Assembly (NCBI GenBank): GCA_964234715.1
Contig: OZ174278.1
DNA length: 64,000 nucleotides
Reading direction: 5' to 3' (one strand)
Origin: Podarcis melisellensis
Lineage: Eukaryota
Shown: positions 29,080 to 41,799 of the stretch, one piece after another
Layout of the letters: every line of letters starts with the position of its first letter
Position numbering within the stretch: the stretch's first letter is position 1
Position numbers and translations under genes: made by a program
Notes under the pieces: model-generated
Seen by the model: only the letters and a program-made list of their open reading frames with translations
Told to the model about the DNA's origin: nothing
Database searches by the model: none

Positions 29080-29165
29080 CTGTAGTTAAGGACGTGAGCG
29101 GAGACAGGTCATAGCCAACTATCGTCATTGGGTGACCTTAGACAAGTCACATACTTCCAGCCTCC
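29080..29165 (+). mobile_element. Old MIR/CORE-like SINE remnant
   Basis: tgggtgaccttagacaagtcac core motif preceded by a decayed tRNA-like head. Confidence 0.45.
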
Positions 29166-29814
29166 GACCCCAATAAGGTGGTAACAAAATAACAACAACA
29201 AATAATGGAGAAGCAGAGTGGCTAAAAGCCGAGCGTTGCAAGCTAGGAAGTCGCATCTGGCCTGTGCTGCTATGTGGCTTTACACAAACAGACTACTATC
29301 TTCCAAACCTATTTCTCAGAAAAAAATAGATAAGGGAGGAAATATGTGTCTCCGCTATAACCCCACTTCAGACTAGAGAGGCTGAGTGTTTCTCCATATA
29401 AAACGATCAACCCACGTATAAAACTTGCAGAACATACTGCCAGAAGAATAACAAACAGTTCATCTGAATACTCCCCCCTCCATTCGTCTATTACTACGAA
29501 TGAAAAGATTAATCTGTTTGGCTATCCCATGAAAAACATTTTGATTTGACTAAAATGTGCCCCTGATTAATTGGGTAGCAGATTTTTTAAAGGTGCTTAC
29601 TTGTTTTTAAAGAACTAGTTTTTATTTGCAAATTTATTCAAATGTAATGTATCCATTTTGCAACCAATTTTGCAATTAATATTTCTTTAGGGGGAAATAG
29701 TTCTATTTGTTACACATGGCACAACATACACAGATATATGGCAAGTGCACACTGACTAATTCATAAGACAAACACATTTGTTACCTAAAATTGTTACACT
29801 TGAGAACATGATTT

Positions 29815-29980
29815 TTATATATTCAAACTATTGGTCAGTTCAACTCAGTACACTGACTGGCAGCAGCTTGCCAGGGTTTCAGGCAACAGCCTTTCCCAGC
29901 CATACCTGAATATGCCAGGACTTGAACCTGGGACCCTTTGCATGCAAAGCATGTGCTGTACCGTGAGCCATGGCCCTTCC
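29815..29980 (-). mobile_element. tRNA(Ala)-like SINE (Squam2-like)
   Basis: Reverse: GGCTCACGGTACAGCACATGCTTTGCATGCAAAGGGTCCCAGGTTCAAGTCCTGGC...CCTGAAACCCTGG...CTGCCAGTCAGTGTA. Confidence 0.72.
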
Positions 29981-30479
29981 TTAGTTCTCTATTTCACAGC
30001 TGAAGAGCAGTTACACATGGCAGATATGCTTAATCATATGAATTAACAGGATCAGATGACAGTAACAAAGCTCATAAAAGAGAATGAGTGTTGAGTCTCT
30101 TTAAAAGTAGTTTTGATACCATCAGGTGAAAATGATTAAAAAACAACAACACTTTCTTCTTTAATGAAGGCAAGCATCACACAAGTCTTCTACAACAACA
30201 GAGTTAGTACTAGTAAGTTTTAGGCTAACAAAACTCACAGAATTGTTGTGTTGATTGCAAAGAAATTGTGACCTTGCAAGTCTGAGATGCTCAGAGAAAG
30301 ACCTTTACATACAAGGCTACAATAAATAAAATGAAATGTGACACATGCCAAATTTACTTTCAAGCAGTTGACATTATTTTTTAAGTTAGCTACAGGTTTC
30401 ATGTCAGCCAAGACAATTCCAACACAAGCCATTTCCTTATCTCTCCCAAAGTATGCAACGAAAACCAAAGGAAAACACT

Positions 30480-30545
30480 CAGTGTGTGATGAAAAGGAGC
30501 TGAAGAGCTGCATGTCATCAGCATACTGATGGCACAATCACTCAA
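30480..30545 (-). mobile_element. Short L2/CR1-clade RT remnant
   Basis: CHQYADDMQLF (YADD catalytic motif) in the 30235-30537 ORF. Confidence 0.65.
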
Positions 30546-30619
30546 ACCTTCACTTCCTGTACTGTCAACACAGATGACAAAAACGGAAGTTTCAGGAATT
30601 CTAATAAACAGTGGGCTAT

Positions 30620-31900
30620 GGATGCTACTGCCAGAGCCCACTCGGGCTGTCAGCAGCTGTTTATTGCATTGCACTTCAACACTTGTCTCTTTTTTCCTAT
30701 AGTTCCTCCGCAATACTTCTCTACTTTTGCTGCAAATCCCAGGTGGGGAACCTATGTTGCACTGGAGGGGACAGATGTGTTGCTCCTCAAAGGAAACACG
30801 GGAGGAATGGCTGAGTTGACATAAGCCAATGCAGGTCTTTGAAGAGGATAGATTAAAGTGCTGAGGTGACAGCACAAGGTGTTGGGCTTGAGGCCTAGAG
30901 ATAAGCCTTCCAGCAGAAAGTGGAGGTCCAAAACTGTTACTCGTTTTGGGGAAAAAATCATTTGACACCCAGGAACAGACACAGTGTCAGGTCCTCTGCT
31001 ATAGGCATACTGTGGATGATCTTCTGGGTGCTAGAATATTGTCTTACCACCGATGTTTGGAAGTCCAGCCTTTGAGGAAGTTCTTCCTTTCAACTTCCAT
31101 AAATGCAGCTGGTACCAATGTGGCCCTTATAAAGAAGGTCTTCCCTGATAGGCAGAGGTCAGGGTCAGGAAACTGTTGGGTTGGTTAAGGTCAGAAGCCA
31201 AGGTCTTCATGGCCAATGGGGAGTACCATTGCCCTTACTTGTTGAATCTTCCTCAGGACCTAGGCTATTAGGGGTAACACAGGGAAGGTGTGTAATAGCC
31301 CCTGTGACCATGATGCTGTGAGGGCATCTGTTTCATCTGCTGGCAGTAAAATTGGGATAAAACTTTCCTGACTTGTTTGTTGTCTTATCATGGCAAATAG
31401 ATTGATTTCTGCTTTCCCAAAGCATCTGGTTATCAGACAGAATATCTCTGTCCGTTCACCATGGTTAAGATGGTTAAGATGTTCTCTGCTCAATCAATAT
31501 GCCTGTATATGGTCCACTCCTCTGACGTGTTCTGCTCTAAGGAGTCTGGAGGCCTCCTGCTGCAAGCATGTAATTTAGTACCTCCTTGCCTTAGTTATTT
31601 CAAGGCTTCTTTAGCTTTGCACAAGAGAGAAAAATAATGAGTGTGCTGGAAAACTCTGTAAGAATCAGACTCCTCTGCTTCTGATTCACCACCCCATTCA
31701 TTATCATCATCATCACCATCATTCTCTGACTGTTGATCTGAGATATTCAGGGAAGCAGAAACCTGAGTAGGGACTGAGTTCCCCACTCCTGAAGTGCAGG
31801 GGAAGCAGAATGCCTAGGTTGGGACTGAGGATCCCTGTGTGAAGGTCATGTTCTAGACTGCCTCCTGGAGGTGGAGGGAGAAGTGGAGGCAACAGGTAGA
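30620..31900 (-). mobile_element. Decayed DIRS-type (tyrosine recombinase) retrotransposon with internal deletions
   Basis: Reverse-strand motifs in canonical order: RNase H (QGGT...QEASRLL...AEHVRGVDHIQAY*LSR), methyltransferase-like (FGKAEINLFA...DALTASWSQGLLHTFPVLPLIA*VLRKI), recombinase N-terminus (ILAPRRSST...; FLLEGLSLGLKPNTL; GATHLSPPVQHRFPTWDL, with HRFPTWDL at 30733-30756). Outer boundaries approximate. Confidence 0.82.
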
Positions 31901-33350
31901 TGAAGAACACTTGGAGACTGAGAGATAGTTACTGGCAAAACTACTTTCTAAGCTAGATCTACAGGTAGAGCCTGTCACATATTTTCCCTAGTACTTTCCG
32001 TTTCTACCCATCAGAGCAGGTAGGGAAAATAAGATAAAATAATACAGAAGCTACCAATATTTGTTATCCCTTCCACTTCATAAATTAAAGATTTCTGTGC
32101 AATACCTAGTACTTCACATTTTAATATATTCAAACAAAAGTAGAGTTAAATGTTGACTCATTGAATATTGGCATCTTATTTTAAGCCTCAACAGAGAGTA
32201 ATGTTAATGGACCATGATGTGTACTAGCTTCAAGGGACTGCTCCCAGCATTCCAATACACCGAGTGTTCTGTTCTTAATAATTTCACAATATATTTGCAC
32301 ATTCCAGATTTGTTTCATTTCATCAGAGTTCTATATACTATTCAAAAGAGACAGGAAATGCTCAATAAGAACTGTGTGGTGGAAAATGTGTGTGATGCAT
32401 ACATAAGGTTCTAGATTGTTGCCTTTAATTACAGCTTTAATTTTAGTTTTAAAAAAATTGTAATCCACCATAAAGAAGAAAAAGTACTCTACTGTCTGAA
32501 CATGGACTGGGAAGACGTGACTGGCTGTGATTTTATATGACATGTGACAATCTACATACAGAGTTTCCAGCCAATTTATTCATGGAAGCGATTAGCATGT
32601 AGGAATATTGCCATGCTTAAAGAGTATTTTTTTTGTTTTCCACACACAAGCTGTTTGATTACACACTTGCTCATGAGGCTAAAAACAACGCAACAGTTTG
32701 GGAACACCATTCACTGAAGAACATTTGGGCTCATACATGACATTTAAGGAAGGCAGCCAGATCTTTTGTTCATATAGTATTGCACACCATCCTGAAGTCT
32801 TAAAAATATCAGCTGCATGAAATTTCCTGTGTGCACTATTTTGCACCTGAATGAAACAAACAGATCGGATCTTCTCATAATTTGCATACCTGTTTAACAA
32901 AAAAAACAAAAACCCCTTTGTCCAATAATGCAACATCAAAATTAAAACTCAGTCCTAATCTAAATATCGTATGATAATCATTCACACAAGCACACACACC
33001 AAAATAGAACTAATTATTAACCTGCAAATACAGTTTCCAAAGGCAGTACAGGGAACAACCATTTTGTGCGCGACAAAGGTGTGTGCGTGACTTTCAGCCC
33101 TGGAAGGGAGTGGAATGGGGCAGGAGCAGAACGGGCTTACATGTGACCAATGGCATGCAAGATGACTTGGAATGCAACCCCCGCACCAACAGGGAGTCAA
33201 TTGTACTGTAACAGTTTTACAAACTTACACTTTTGCCAAACTGGATTTGATTACTAGTGCATGGAAGATAGATGATTGCAGATCACTGGTAGGCTACCAA
33301 ATGGACCACAAGTGAATTTATAGTGGACTACCCTGTGTGACCCTGTGTGA

Positions 33351-33610
33351 GCTCCCGTTGCTCGATCCCTGCTCCTGCCAACCTAGCAGTTCGAAAGCAC
33401 GTCAAAGTGCAAGTAGATAAATAGGGACCGCTCCAGCGGGAAGGTAGACGGCGTTTCCGTGTGCTGCTCTGGTTCACCAGAAGCGGCTTAGTCATGCTGG
33501 CCACATGACCCGGAAGCTGTCTGCAGACAAACGCTGGCTCCCTCGGCCTATAGAGCGAGATGAGCGAGCAACCCAAGAGTCGGGCACGACTGGACCTTTA
33601 CCTTTACCTC
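33351..33610 (+). mobile_element. 5'-truncated Sauria SINE (Squam1; RTE/Bov-B-type tail)
   Basis: GCAGTTCGAAAGCACGTCAAAGTGCAAGTAGATAAATAGG...CACGACTGGACCTTTACCTTTACCT; flanked by CCCTGTGTGA direct repeats. Confidence 0.9.
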
Positions 33611-34448
33611 CCCTGTGTGATATGGTTGCTAGGACGCTTGTAAAGAAATGCCAGACTTGGCAAAACTTTGTTAGATGCAGAAAGGTGCTTCCCCATGGAT
33701 AACTCAGCATTCATGCTTTAACTGTTAAAATAACCTCATTCTTGCTATGCAAATACAATATATCATTGGAGCACTGGGATTTTAAATTTAAAGGTTTTAG
33801 AAAAAAATGATACTAGCACACTCTCACTAGAATTTGGTACAATTCCAGTATAAGCATTACCATGGGTAATATACAATGGATATGTCCCCCCTCCCCACTT
33901 AAAGAAGTTTTTCGTCCAACTTGTTTTATCTACATCCTCTTAACAAAGTCCAGGAGATGGATTGTTTTGAAATAAAATAAAGATAAGCCTGAAGAAATAA
34001 TAGATATTGCAATTATTGAGAGAACCTATCTTTAGTAATTTGGAGAATATTGATCTAATTCCAATTTTCCTTGCAAAGGAATAGTTTCTCAACTCCAGAC
34101 CATATGATTTTGTATTTTGCTTATTTAGTTTGGCAGTACCATTTATACTGGGTTATAACAGGAAGGCTTAGATACTGCACAGGGATGTTTGTTTTCCTGG
34201 CCATTTACACGGGAGAACGGCTGTGCTACATAAACTTTAACAGCTTCCTTGGCTGGTCAACTTGCTGAGAAGCAACCCTAATGAGAATACTGAAGGGAGT
34301 AAGAGAACCAGCTTCTACAAGGAGGAAAAACATGGTATTCTTACAGCCCCCAAGATATGACACAACAGATAACAAATGTTTCCAACTGAAAGTATCAACA
34401 TCTGCATCATCAAAAGCCATGGGATTGTTTTGTCATATCTGTTACACC

Positions 34449-34582
34449 TAGGGTGGCCATCTTTTGAACAGCAAAAAAGAGGACACAATTGCTGACGTCT
34501 ACTTTTAACCATGAATCACTATGATGACTCTACCCATAAAAAAAGGATGTGTCCTGGAAAAAGAGGACATATGGCAACCCTG
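34449..34582. mobile_element. Short MITE with TAGGGTGGCCA / TGGCAACCCTG termini
   Basis: Imperfect TIRs and subterminal AAAAAGAGGACA motifs. Confidence 0.65.
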
Positions 34583-34758
34583 CACATCCTATAATATATA
34601 TAGAATGACAACAAGAGGGCTATCAGTGAGGGCAGGGAACCCTCAGGATCAAACCTATTCCCCAAATCTTTAGAAAAATGCAGTACAGTATAATTGTCCT
34701 TGCCAGAGGACAGAGGAGTGGCAAAGAATGCTCCTACCCTGGGCCAGAGGTTTACAAT

Positions 34759-34882
34759 CAGTAGTGGCTGGTGGGGCTCCATTGCGCTCTTGGCTTCCAT
34801 CGGTTAGCAACAGTGACCCGTTGTGTGGGAAAGCCAAGACAGCAATGGAGCCCCACCACCAACACCCCACTGGCTGCCACTG
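34759..34882. mobile_element. hAT-type MITE with internal hairpin
   Basis: Ends CAGTAGTGGCTGGTGGG / CCCACTGGCTGCCACTG; flanks TTTACAAT / TTTATAAC (6/8); internal stem TGGTGGGGCTCCATTGC / GCAATGGAGCCCCACCA. Confidence 0.7.
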
Positions 34883-35399
34883 TTTATAACACTAAAAGAA
34901 GTCTATGTAGAGACCAATGAAATTATAAGTGGAAAGCTCTGGAAAGCAGCCGGAACAAATTTTGAGACTGGAAGCTTAAATAATTTTATGCCTTTGGATA
35001 TCAACAAGACTAAAAACTGTGGAAGAGAATCTCTCGTGTGACAGATGTTCTTCAGAACACCTGGAGTTATCCAAGTTAGGGCTAAACCAAAACCACTGAT
35101 TCTTTTACATTTTACATTTTTTTGCTCAAAACTCATTATCTTGGCAATTTCTTAATGGTTCCTGAGAAAACGCTCATTTATCCATTACATTGCCTTCGCT
35201 TTAAATTGCCCTCAGGGAAACGATCACATAGTCAAATATGAATGAAGCAGAAAGGTATTCATCCAACAAATTTATTGGCTCCCCCCCCCCCCAATGCAAG
35301 ACACATGATAAAAGCAACTTATTAAAATACTACAATAACTGGGATATTTCCTTAATTATTTGCTGAAATCCTTGTTGGTATCAAGAACATGCTCTGACC

Positions 35400-35535
35400 C
35401 AGGCATAGGCAAACTCAGCCCCCCAGATGTTTTTGGCCTACAACTCCCATGATCCCTAACTAACAGGACCAGTAGTCAGGGGTGATGGGAATTGTAGTCT
35501 CAAAACATCTGGAGGGCCGAGTTTGCCTATGCCTG
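35400..35535. mobile_element. Hairpin hAT MITE, family B (TIR type CAGGCATAGGCAAAC)
   Basis: Perfect TIRs and perfect 8-bp TSD CTCTGACC (35392-35399, 35536-35543). Confidence 0.93.
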
Positions 35536-35891
35536 CTCTGACCTGATCCTGACAGACACAGAAAGAAGCCTGCTATATACAATAGTATTTCAAATGAAAA
35601 TCTCAGGTGCATTGATATCGCCCTGCAATGCATCCTCCAAAAGAGTTGGTTATAGAAATGGTTGAAATACTCCACTGCTTCTCTGTTCTGGTCATACTCC
35701 CATCCCGCACATGAGAATATAGGTGAGAGAAATAGAATGTTCTGTATTTGCAGCTAATGCATACTAAGTGGCATGTGATGTAGATTCATAAAATCAGAAC
35801 AGAGGAAACATGGTAGAATACTATACTAGCCAAAGAAAATGACTTGCAAAATTCCCCACCACAAAATTTAGTGATGGGTGTTTGCTTAGTG

Positions 35892-36029
35892 CAGGCTTCC
35901 TCAACCTCGGCCCTCCAAATGTTTTTTTGGCCTACAACTCCCATAATCCCTAGCTATCAGGACCAGTGGTCAGGGATGATGGGAATTGTAGTCTCAAAAC
36001 ATCTGGAGGGCCAAGGTTGAGGAAGCCTG
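35892..36029. mobile_element. Hairpin hAT MITE, family B (TIR type CAGGCTTCCTCAACC)
   Basis: Perfect TIRs and the family B core; TSD degenerate. Confidence 0.9.
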
Positions 36030-36159
36030 GCTTGGATTATTAAATCCTCTTTAAAGCAAATTAAGGGAAAAGTAAATTTCAATGGCTATTAGCTATATGA
36101 AAAATAAAATCAAGCTTTCGAAGAAAACAACAGGATATAACTAGCAGAAGCAGCTCACC

Positions 36160-36312
36160 ACCATGGTTTGAATACAAAAGGTGCCATGTTAAATCCCTGG
36201 GCTCCTCCATATATGGCTTTAAAAACACTTTCTGAAATCCTGGAGAGCCACTGGTATGTGGTGTAACACTGAGCTGGATGGACCAACCACCTGACATAAT
36301 ATAAGGGGATCC
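36160..36312 (+). mobile_element. Decayed Squam2-like SINE
   Basis: ctgaaatcctggagagccactgg...gtgtaacactgagctggatggaccaa...ataaggggatcct matches the body of the 29815 copy. Confidence 0.55.
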
Positions 36313-37893
36313 TACCAGAAGTACTTCCACTTGCCCACACATTTGTTGAGCCTAATGGGGATTCTGTGCTGGGAGACTGACACTGGCATCACTCCACTTT
36401 GTTGGAGGGACTCCTTGGCTCAATCCATACCCCCACCCTTGGCCTGGTGCAAAGGGGATGTAGATTGTAGCCATAGACAGCAAAATACTTTGTGGTGTTT
36501 TCAACAGTTTTCCTTTACAATGCATGCATGAAAATCAAAATAATGTATGACTTCTTTTTTTCTTTTTGGCAGAGAAAGACTACTTGTTAACTACACATTA
36601 ATAACACTAGTATATTTTTTTTACAAGTCTCAATAATTCAGTATTTAACTATCCTTTAAAAATGTTACAAGACTTGTCTTTCATAGCAGTATCATGCTAA
36701 CTATTTCATTCTGCAGCAACTGTTGCCTGCCAGTTCTCAATGTTTCATATTAGTGAGCATAATAGAATATTATGGAAGCCTAATTGGCAGAAGTGAGCAA
36801 TCTGATTGGCTGAGTCATACAGCTTTCTAATTTTTTTAGCAGAATATATATATTTCAGCATGGTCATTTTACAGCCATTATGAAACTATAAGGTCAACCA
36901 GGCCTCTGAAGGCCTGACCAAAAACTAAGATGCAAGAGAACTTACGTATTCAGGGATAAAATCTCAAGCAGGCAAATGCATCTGTTGTAGAAATTAGTAT
37001 TTAATATATATTGTAAAATATGCTTTCTGTACAGCTAGTTTCATAATTCAGCACTTATGTTACCCTGCATTGCTCCAAAATCCATGTGGGATACAGTGAA
37101 ATTTGGATCAAGGAATGTTGTACATATGGTCTTAATTGCATTTTGCAATAAAGCCAGGGTCCAACATAAAGAATTTTCCCCAAAAAAGCCAGCTTGCAAA
37201 CTGGGGCTTTCATGTCAAGCTTTCCAATAAAAAAGCAGCAGCAGATGTGGCTTTGGCGATTAACTTGGTTAGGACATTTCCCTTCTCCAATCTGCCCACA
37301 CCCAGCAAATGCCACATATCTCTATGAAAACACCAGTTTCTGTTGGGGAAACATGTAGAGACCTTCTTAATTGTCTCTAAGAAGCTGATGAAGGACACAT
37401 GTTGATTACTGTTATCTTAAAGGTTTGGTGATCATTTAGTTTATCCTGTGCCTGAAATACTGTTCTACAGTAAATGCTAGCCTTTGCTTCAGAATATTAA
37501 GGCTTAGTACAGTGGAAACACTTTGAATAAGATAACCATTCTGGCTATTAACCATTTATCAAAATATTGTAATAGAGTCACTACTATCTGGAGTGTATCC
37601 TATGATATATTTATATTTTAGATATTAATTAAATTTATATGCCAACCTTCAGCAAAAGATCTCAGGGCAGTTCACAAAATGATGGGAGTGGAAAGCAGCT
37701 TGCTTAACCAAACTCTCTCTTTCCCTTCTCCTCGTGTCCACACACCACCCCCAGAAGTCATGCCCAGAAATTTGGAGTGCCTTTCTGAGCAGTGTGGATT
37801 GTGTTGTATGAGCATGAATGGGGGGAGATAACTGAATTTGGGTGTAAGTTTCTTGAACCACTTAAATGCCATTCATGCCAGGTTGTTCTAATT

Positions 37894-38029
37894 CAGGCTT
37901 CCTCAACCTCGGCCCTCCCAATGTTTTTGGCCTACAACTCCTATTATCCCTAGCTAGCAGAACCAGTGGTCAGGGATCATGGGAATTGTAGTTTCAAGAC
38001 ATCTGCAGGGCCGAGGTTGAGGAAGCCTG
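37894..38029. mobile_element. Hairpin hAT MITE, family B (TIR type CAGGCTTCCTCAACC)
   Basis: Perfect TIRs; TSD TTCTAATT / TTCTTATT (7/8). Confidence 0.92.
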
Positions 38030-38854
38030 TTCTTATTTCAGTTTATTTCTAGCAAACACAGTAGTAACCTGCAACACAGCCCACACTGTTCAGAACCCCC
38101 TTTTCCCTCAACTCTTTGGTGAGGCTTTTTAGAAGGGGAGGAAAGATGAACAAGCCTTCCAATCATCAGATACAACCATATGTACATATTTTCCCCTCCA
38201 CATTTCATTCATGGGATCCAAATACACAAGATCATTTGCTAAAAGATTTAATGCAATAAGCACAAAAATGAATAATCTTGTGGAAGAAAAAGATTCTATA
38301 GAATTTTCCACAGAAGGGATCCTCAACAGGGAGCAAGACATGACTCTTTGTACCCTAGGATGCCACTACCTATTCTTTACGTATGAAAACTATATCTAAA
38401 CACATAAGAATCTCCAACCCATTCCTGAACATACAAATAGATGTATACAAAAAGAAGATTACTAACAGTCTTTACAAATGTATGCTCTTGGCTCAAGACA
38501 ATGGCCTATACCTCTGAAGGCTGCAGTAATACAAATGTTTACTCCCAAGCAATGATATTCTTGACGGAGGAAATACAATATGCACTTAAATAAAGCTACT
38601 AGAAACCATGATTGTAAACAGATCATAAAAATAATGCATGCTTGATAGGAACTCCACCTTCAGAACATTTTTAAAGATTGTAATCACATGGCAAATACAC
38701 AAATCTACTCAGTAAGATATTTATGTAAAATAAGGAAAACCACAATTTCTGAGCTCATGAGGTATTGCCTATTACTTATTAATCACAGAAGTTTGTTACA
38801 TATTTTTACCATCTGGAACTGTTTGTAATTTATTACTTAAATCTTATATTCTAG

Positions 38855-38858
<4 letters not shown>

Positions 38859-38885
<27 letters not shown>
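38859..38885 (+). repeat. (AG)n microsatellite
   Basis: Directly visible. Confidence 0.95.
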
Positions 38886-39355
38886 AAGTCTAATGGTAAC
38901 TTTACTAGGCCTGCTATTTTTAAACAAAAATAAGGAACTATTAATTTTGACCTAATACTACTATCAAGCCTAGTACATTTTATACCAGAAATTAAGAGAA
39001 CTTGTCCTTTCATTTTGTTTGGTCAATTTACTAGATTTGACAGCGATAAACAGGAAGGGAAAGCTAATAAACTATCCTTTATGCTTGTCCAACATGTAGA
39101 AGTATTGCTTCCTACTGAAATATCTGTGGTCAGTTCTGATCACCAACAATGCATATCCAAATACATATAACATTCCATTCTTATGAACTGGCACTTCTAC
39201 CCTTTTTAGACTTCATATAGTATCAGCATAGAATACATAATCTTTATTATTCAATTTACACTATAATAAAACCAGACCTGGCAGCTTCTGATTCTTCCTA
39301 TTTATTATTCATTGGGGCAATTTCTCTCTTTCTGACTGATTACTTTTAGAAACCA

Positions 39356-39455
39356 TGGGTTGTATGCAATGGTAGTCATACTTAGAGTAGACCCATTGAT
39401 ATAAATCAACATGAATATCTTAGGCACATTAATTTCAATAGTTAGATTCAACCCA
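39356..39455. mobile_element. Small palindromic MITE-like element
   Basis: TGGGTTGTATGCAA ... TTAGATTCAACCCA imperfect terminal inverted repeats. Confidence 0.45.
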
Positions 39456-39987
39456 ATACAACAAGTAAAAAATAACCTATACCAAGGTATAATTCAGAAT
39501 ATTAGTGTTTCACCCACAGAAGGCTTTGTTGAATACTTTAAACCAGTTTTGTGGACTAGATTGGCAATAAGATTTCACACATAAAAATTTAGCATGGAAT
39601 AATAAAGGACTCCCCTCAAATTTCACTTCTAAGCTAATGTTAGAATCAGTATCAGTGAAACTAAACAAGAACAGAAAAGTTTATTACACTAGTATTCTGT
39701 CCTTTGTTCAAACATATTGAAGCAGCATACCCATAGGTTTGGATGCTAGTATTATTCCACTCAATTAACTGGATTCCATTCACAGATGGGCTTTCTGTGC
39801 CCCTCCAGAAATCCAGTACTTCTGAGGATTGGTATATTGACAAAATAGTACATTGGGCAGTAGGATGGAGTGGGCATTGGTTGCTTTATAATATATTTGT
39901 AGGTGCTGTTCAGTTTTCAAGCTTTTTCTCAGCCCATTTCCTAAGAGGATGTTTCCATCTCTCAAAAGACTTCTGTACCTTTAAGGC

Positions 39988-40282
39988 TGTTGTAGCCCTG
40001 TCTGAGTCCTGAGAGCAGAATCCACATATGAAGTCAGACAGTCCAGAGGTTAGGGAATCCCGATGGAGAGCAGGAAGCAGCAAGATAGACTCAGGAACCA
40101 CAAGCGTTATTTCCAGCATCTAACTGCTGCTGAAAGCTCTGTTTAAGAAGTCTGAAGCCAGCTGGTTCTCATCAGTGCCTTCTCCTGTCCTTGAAGGCTG
40201 ATTAGCTGCAGGTGGCGGTATTCTGCTTTCTCCCCTTTCAGGCTGCTGCTTTGCAGGTGAAGTTGACTCCTAGCCCATGACA
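39988..40282 (-). mobile_element. Probable solo LTR (Gypsy-like)
   Basis: GC-richer island bounded by TG...CA (reverse: TGTCATGGG...CTACAACA); flanks AAGGC / CTGGC match only partly. Confidence 0.4.
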
Positions 40283-41323
40283 CTGGCTTCCAAGGTATGT
40301 AGGTAGGTTAGGTTTTTTTTACATCAGTCCATTCTCAGTGTGTAGAAGGTTGGATAAATGGAAATTCTGTTAGTGTTTGAATATAAATGTAGCTGCTTTA
40401 AAATCCTCTGCATGTTATTATATGTCTTTGGCTATGTGGTAATATGTAGTCACCACTGCCAAATAGAAGAGTTCTTTGTACTCTATCCCAAATACTCTGT
40501 AACATGCCAATTTTCTAGTCTTGTAGTTGGCATTGGCATAAAACCATCTGCTCACATACAGGAAGCCATTACGCACACAAACATACATATATAGTCAATA
40601 TTTAAGTGGTGTCCATGTGTCAAACGATCATGCAAAAGTTATGAACGACATAAATATTTTATTTTACATTTTGTAAGATAAATTATCAGAGATCAGCAAC
40701 TTGCCCCATACCCCACCCCATCATCTTGTTGCTTACATCTCAGTTTTGTCTGGAAATGTTAGCTAGCAAAGGCTAACAAATCTGAACGTTAGCAGCTCGT
40801 TCCTAAAAGCATCACTGTAGCTCTTATAAATAGAGTATCAAGAGCCATGAATAATGGGCCCAGAGTGGTTGGGGTAACCTAGTCAGATGGGCAGGATATA
40901 AAATTTATTATTATTATTATTACTACTACTACCAATTAAAATAAAAACAAAGCTACTCTAGAGTCAATTGTCCCTGCATTAAAAAAAAATACAATCATCT
41001 TTCCCTTTTGTGCCACCCTAGCATTTGTCTTTCTGAGACTATTTTGGAGGCCTGAACTCAATTGGAAATTCAGAAGAACGCCTTTGCTGGCATATACTCA
41101 GCCTGATTCACACTTGGAACTCCTTTCTATGTATCCTATCATCCAGCAGGCTTTGCCTGGTAAAATATGTTGTGATCAAGCAATGGTTTCTCTTCCAGTT
41201 ACTCTTGACATCTTTTTGGACAGATTGCATAGGTGTACCACCAATATTCCATTTTCTCTTGATTTCTTCTTTATTTTCCTCTAGTATCCTACCCATAAAG
41301 TATCACTATACAGGCACAGTTGA

Positions 41324-41518
41324 CAGTGCCAGATTACCAAATAGGCAGAATAGGGCCTATAGGCTCCGTGCTTTTTAGGGGCTCTGCAACAATGGATCAA
41401 AATAATATTGAGTTGATCTTGAAAGAAAATTACAAGCTTTCTTAGTTCAATGTTATCCCACAAGCAGGGTGAGGGTCTTGAATGCTCAGGGGCCTCCACA
41501 GGGGTTAATCTACCACTG
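41324..41518. mobile_element. Old hAT-like MITE
   Basis: Imperfect TIR CAGTGCCAGATTA / TAATCTACCACTG. Confidence 0.5.
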
Positions 41519-41557
41519 GATTTTGATTCAGTGTCCTATCATTCCCCTCTCTTTATA

Positions 41558-41799
41558 CACTGGTACCTCCGGTTAAGTACTTAATTCGTTCTGGAGGTCT
41601 GCTCTTAACCTGAAACTGTTCTTAACCTTAAGCACCACTTTAGTTAATGGGGCCTCCCGCTGCTGCTGTGCCGCCAGAGTACGATTTCTGTTCTCATCCT
41701 GAAGCAAAGTTCTTAACCTAAAACACTATTTCTGGGTTAGCGGAGTCTGTAACCTGAAGCGTATGTAACCTGAAGCATATGTAACGCAAGGTACCACTG
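41558..41799. mobile_element. Tigger-like MITE, family A copy 3
   Basis: CACTGGTACCTCCGGTTA...AAGGTACCACTG, TA flanks; extra subterminal GTAACCTGAAGC repeat. Confidence 0.9.

Noticed and set aside
30399-30968. 189-aa ORF
   Set aside because: Mostly an off-frame reading of the decayed DIRS/LINE region; the recognisable motifs are spread over other frames.
31200-31480. Methyltransferase-like motif as evidence of a functional DNA-modification or defence system
   Set aside because: It is a standard DIRS pol domain, here broken by stops and frameshifts.
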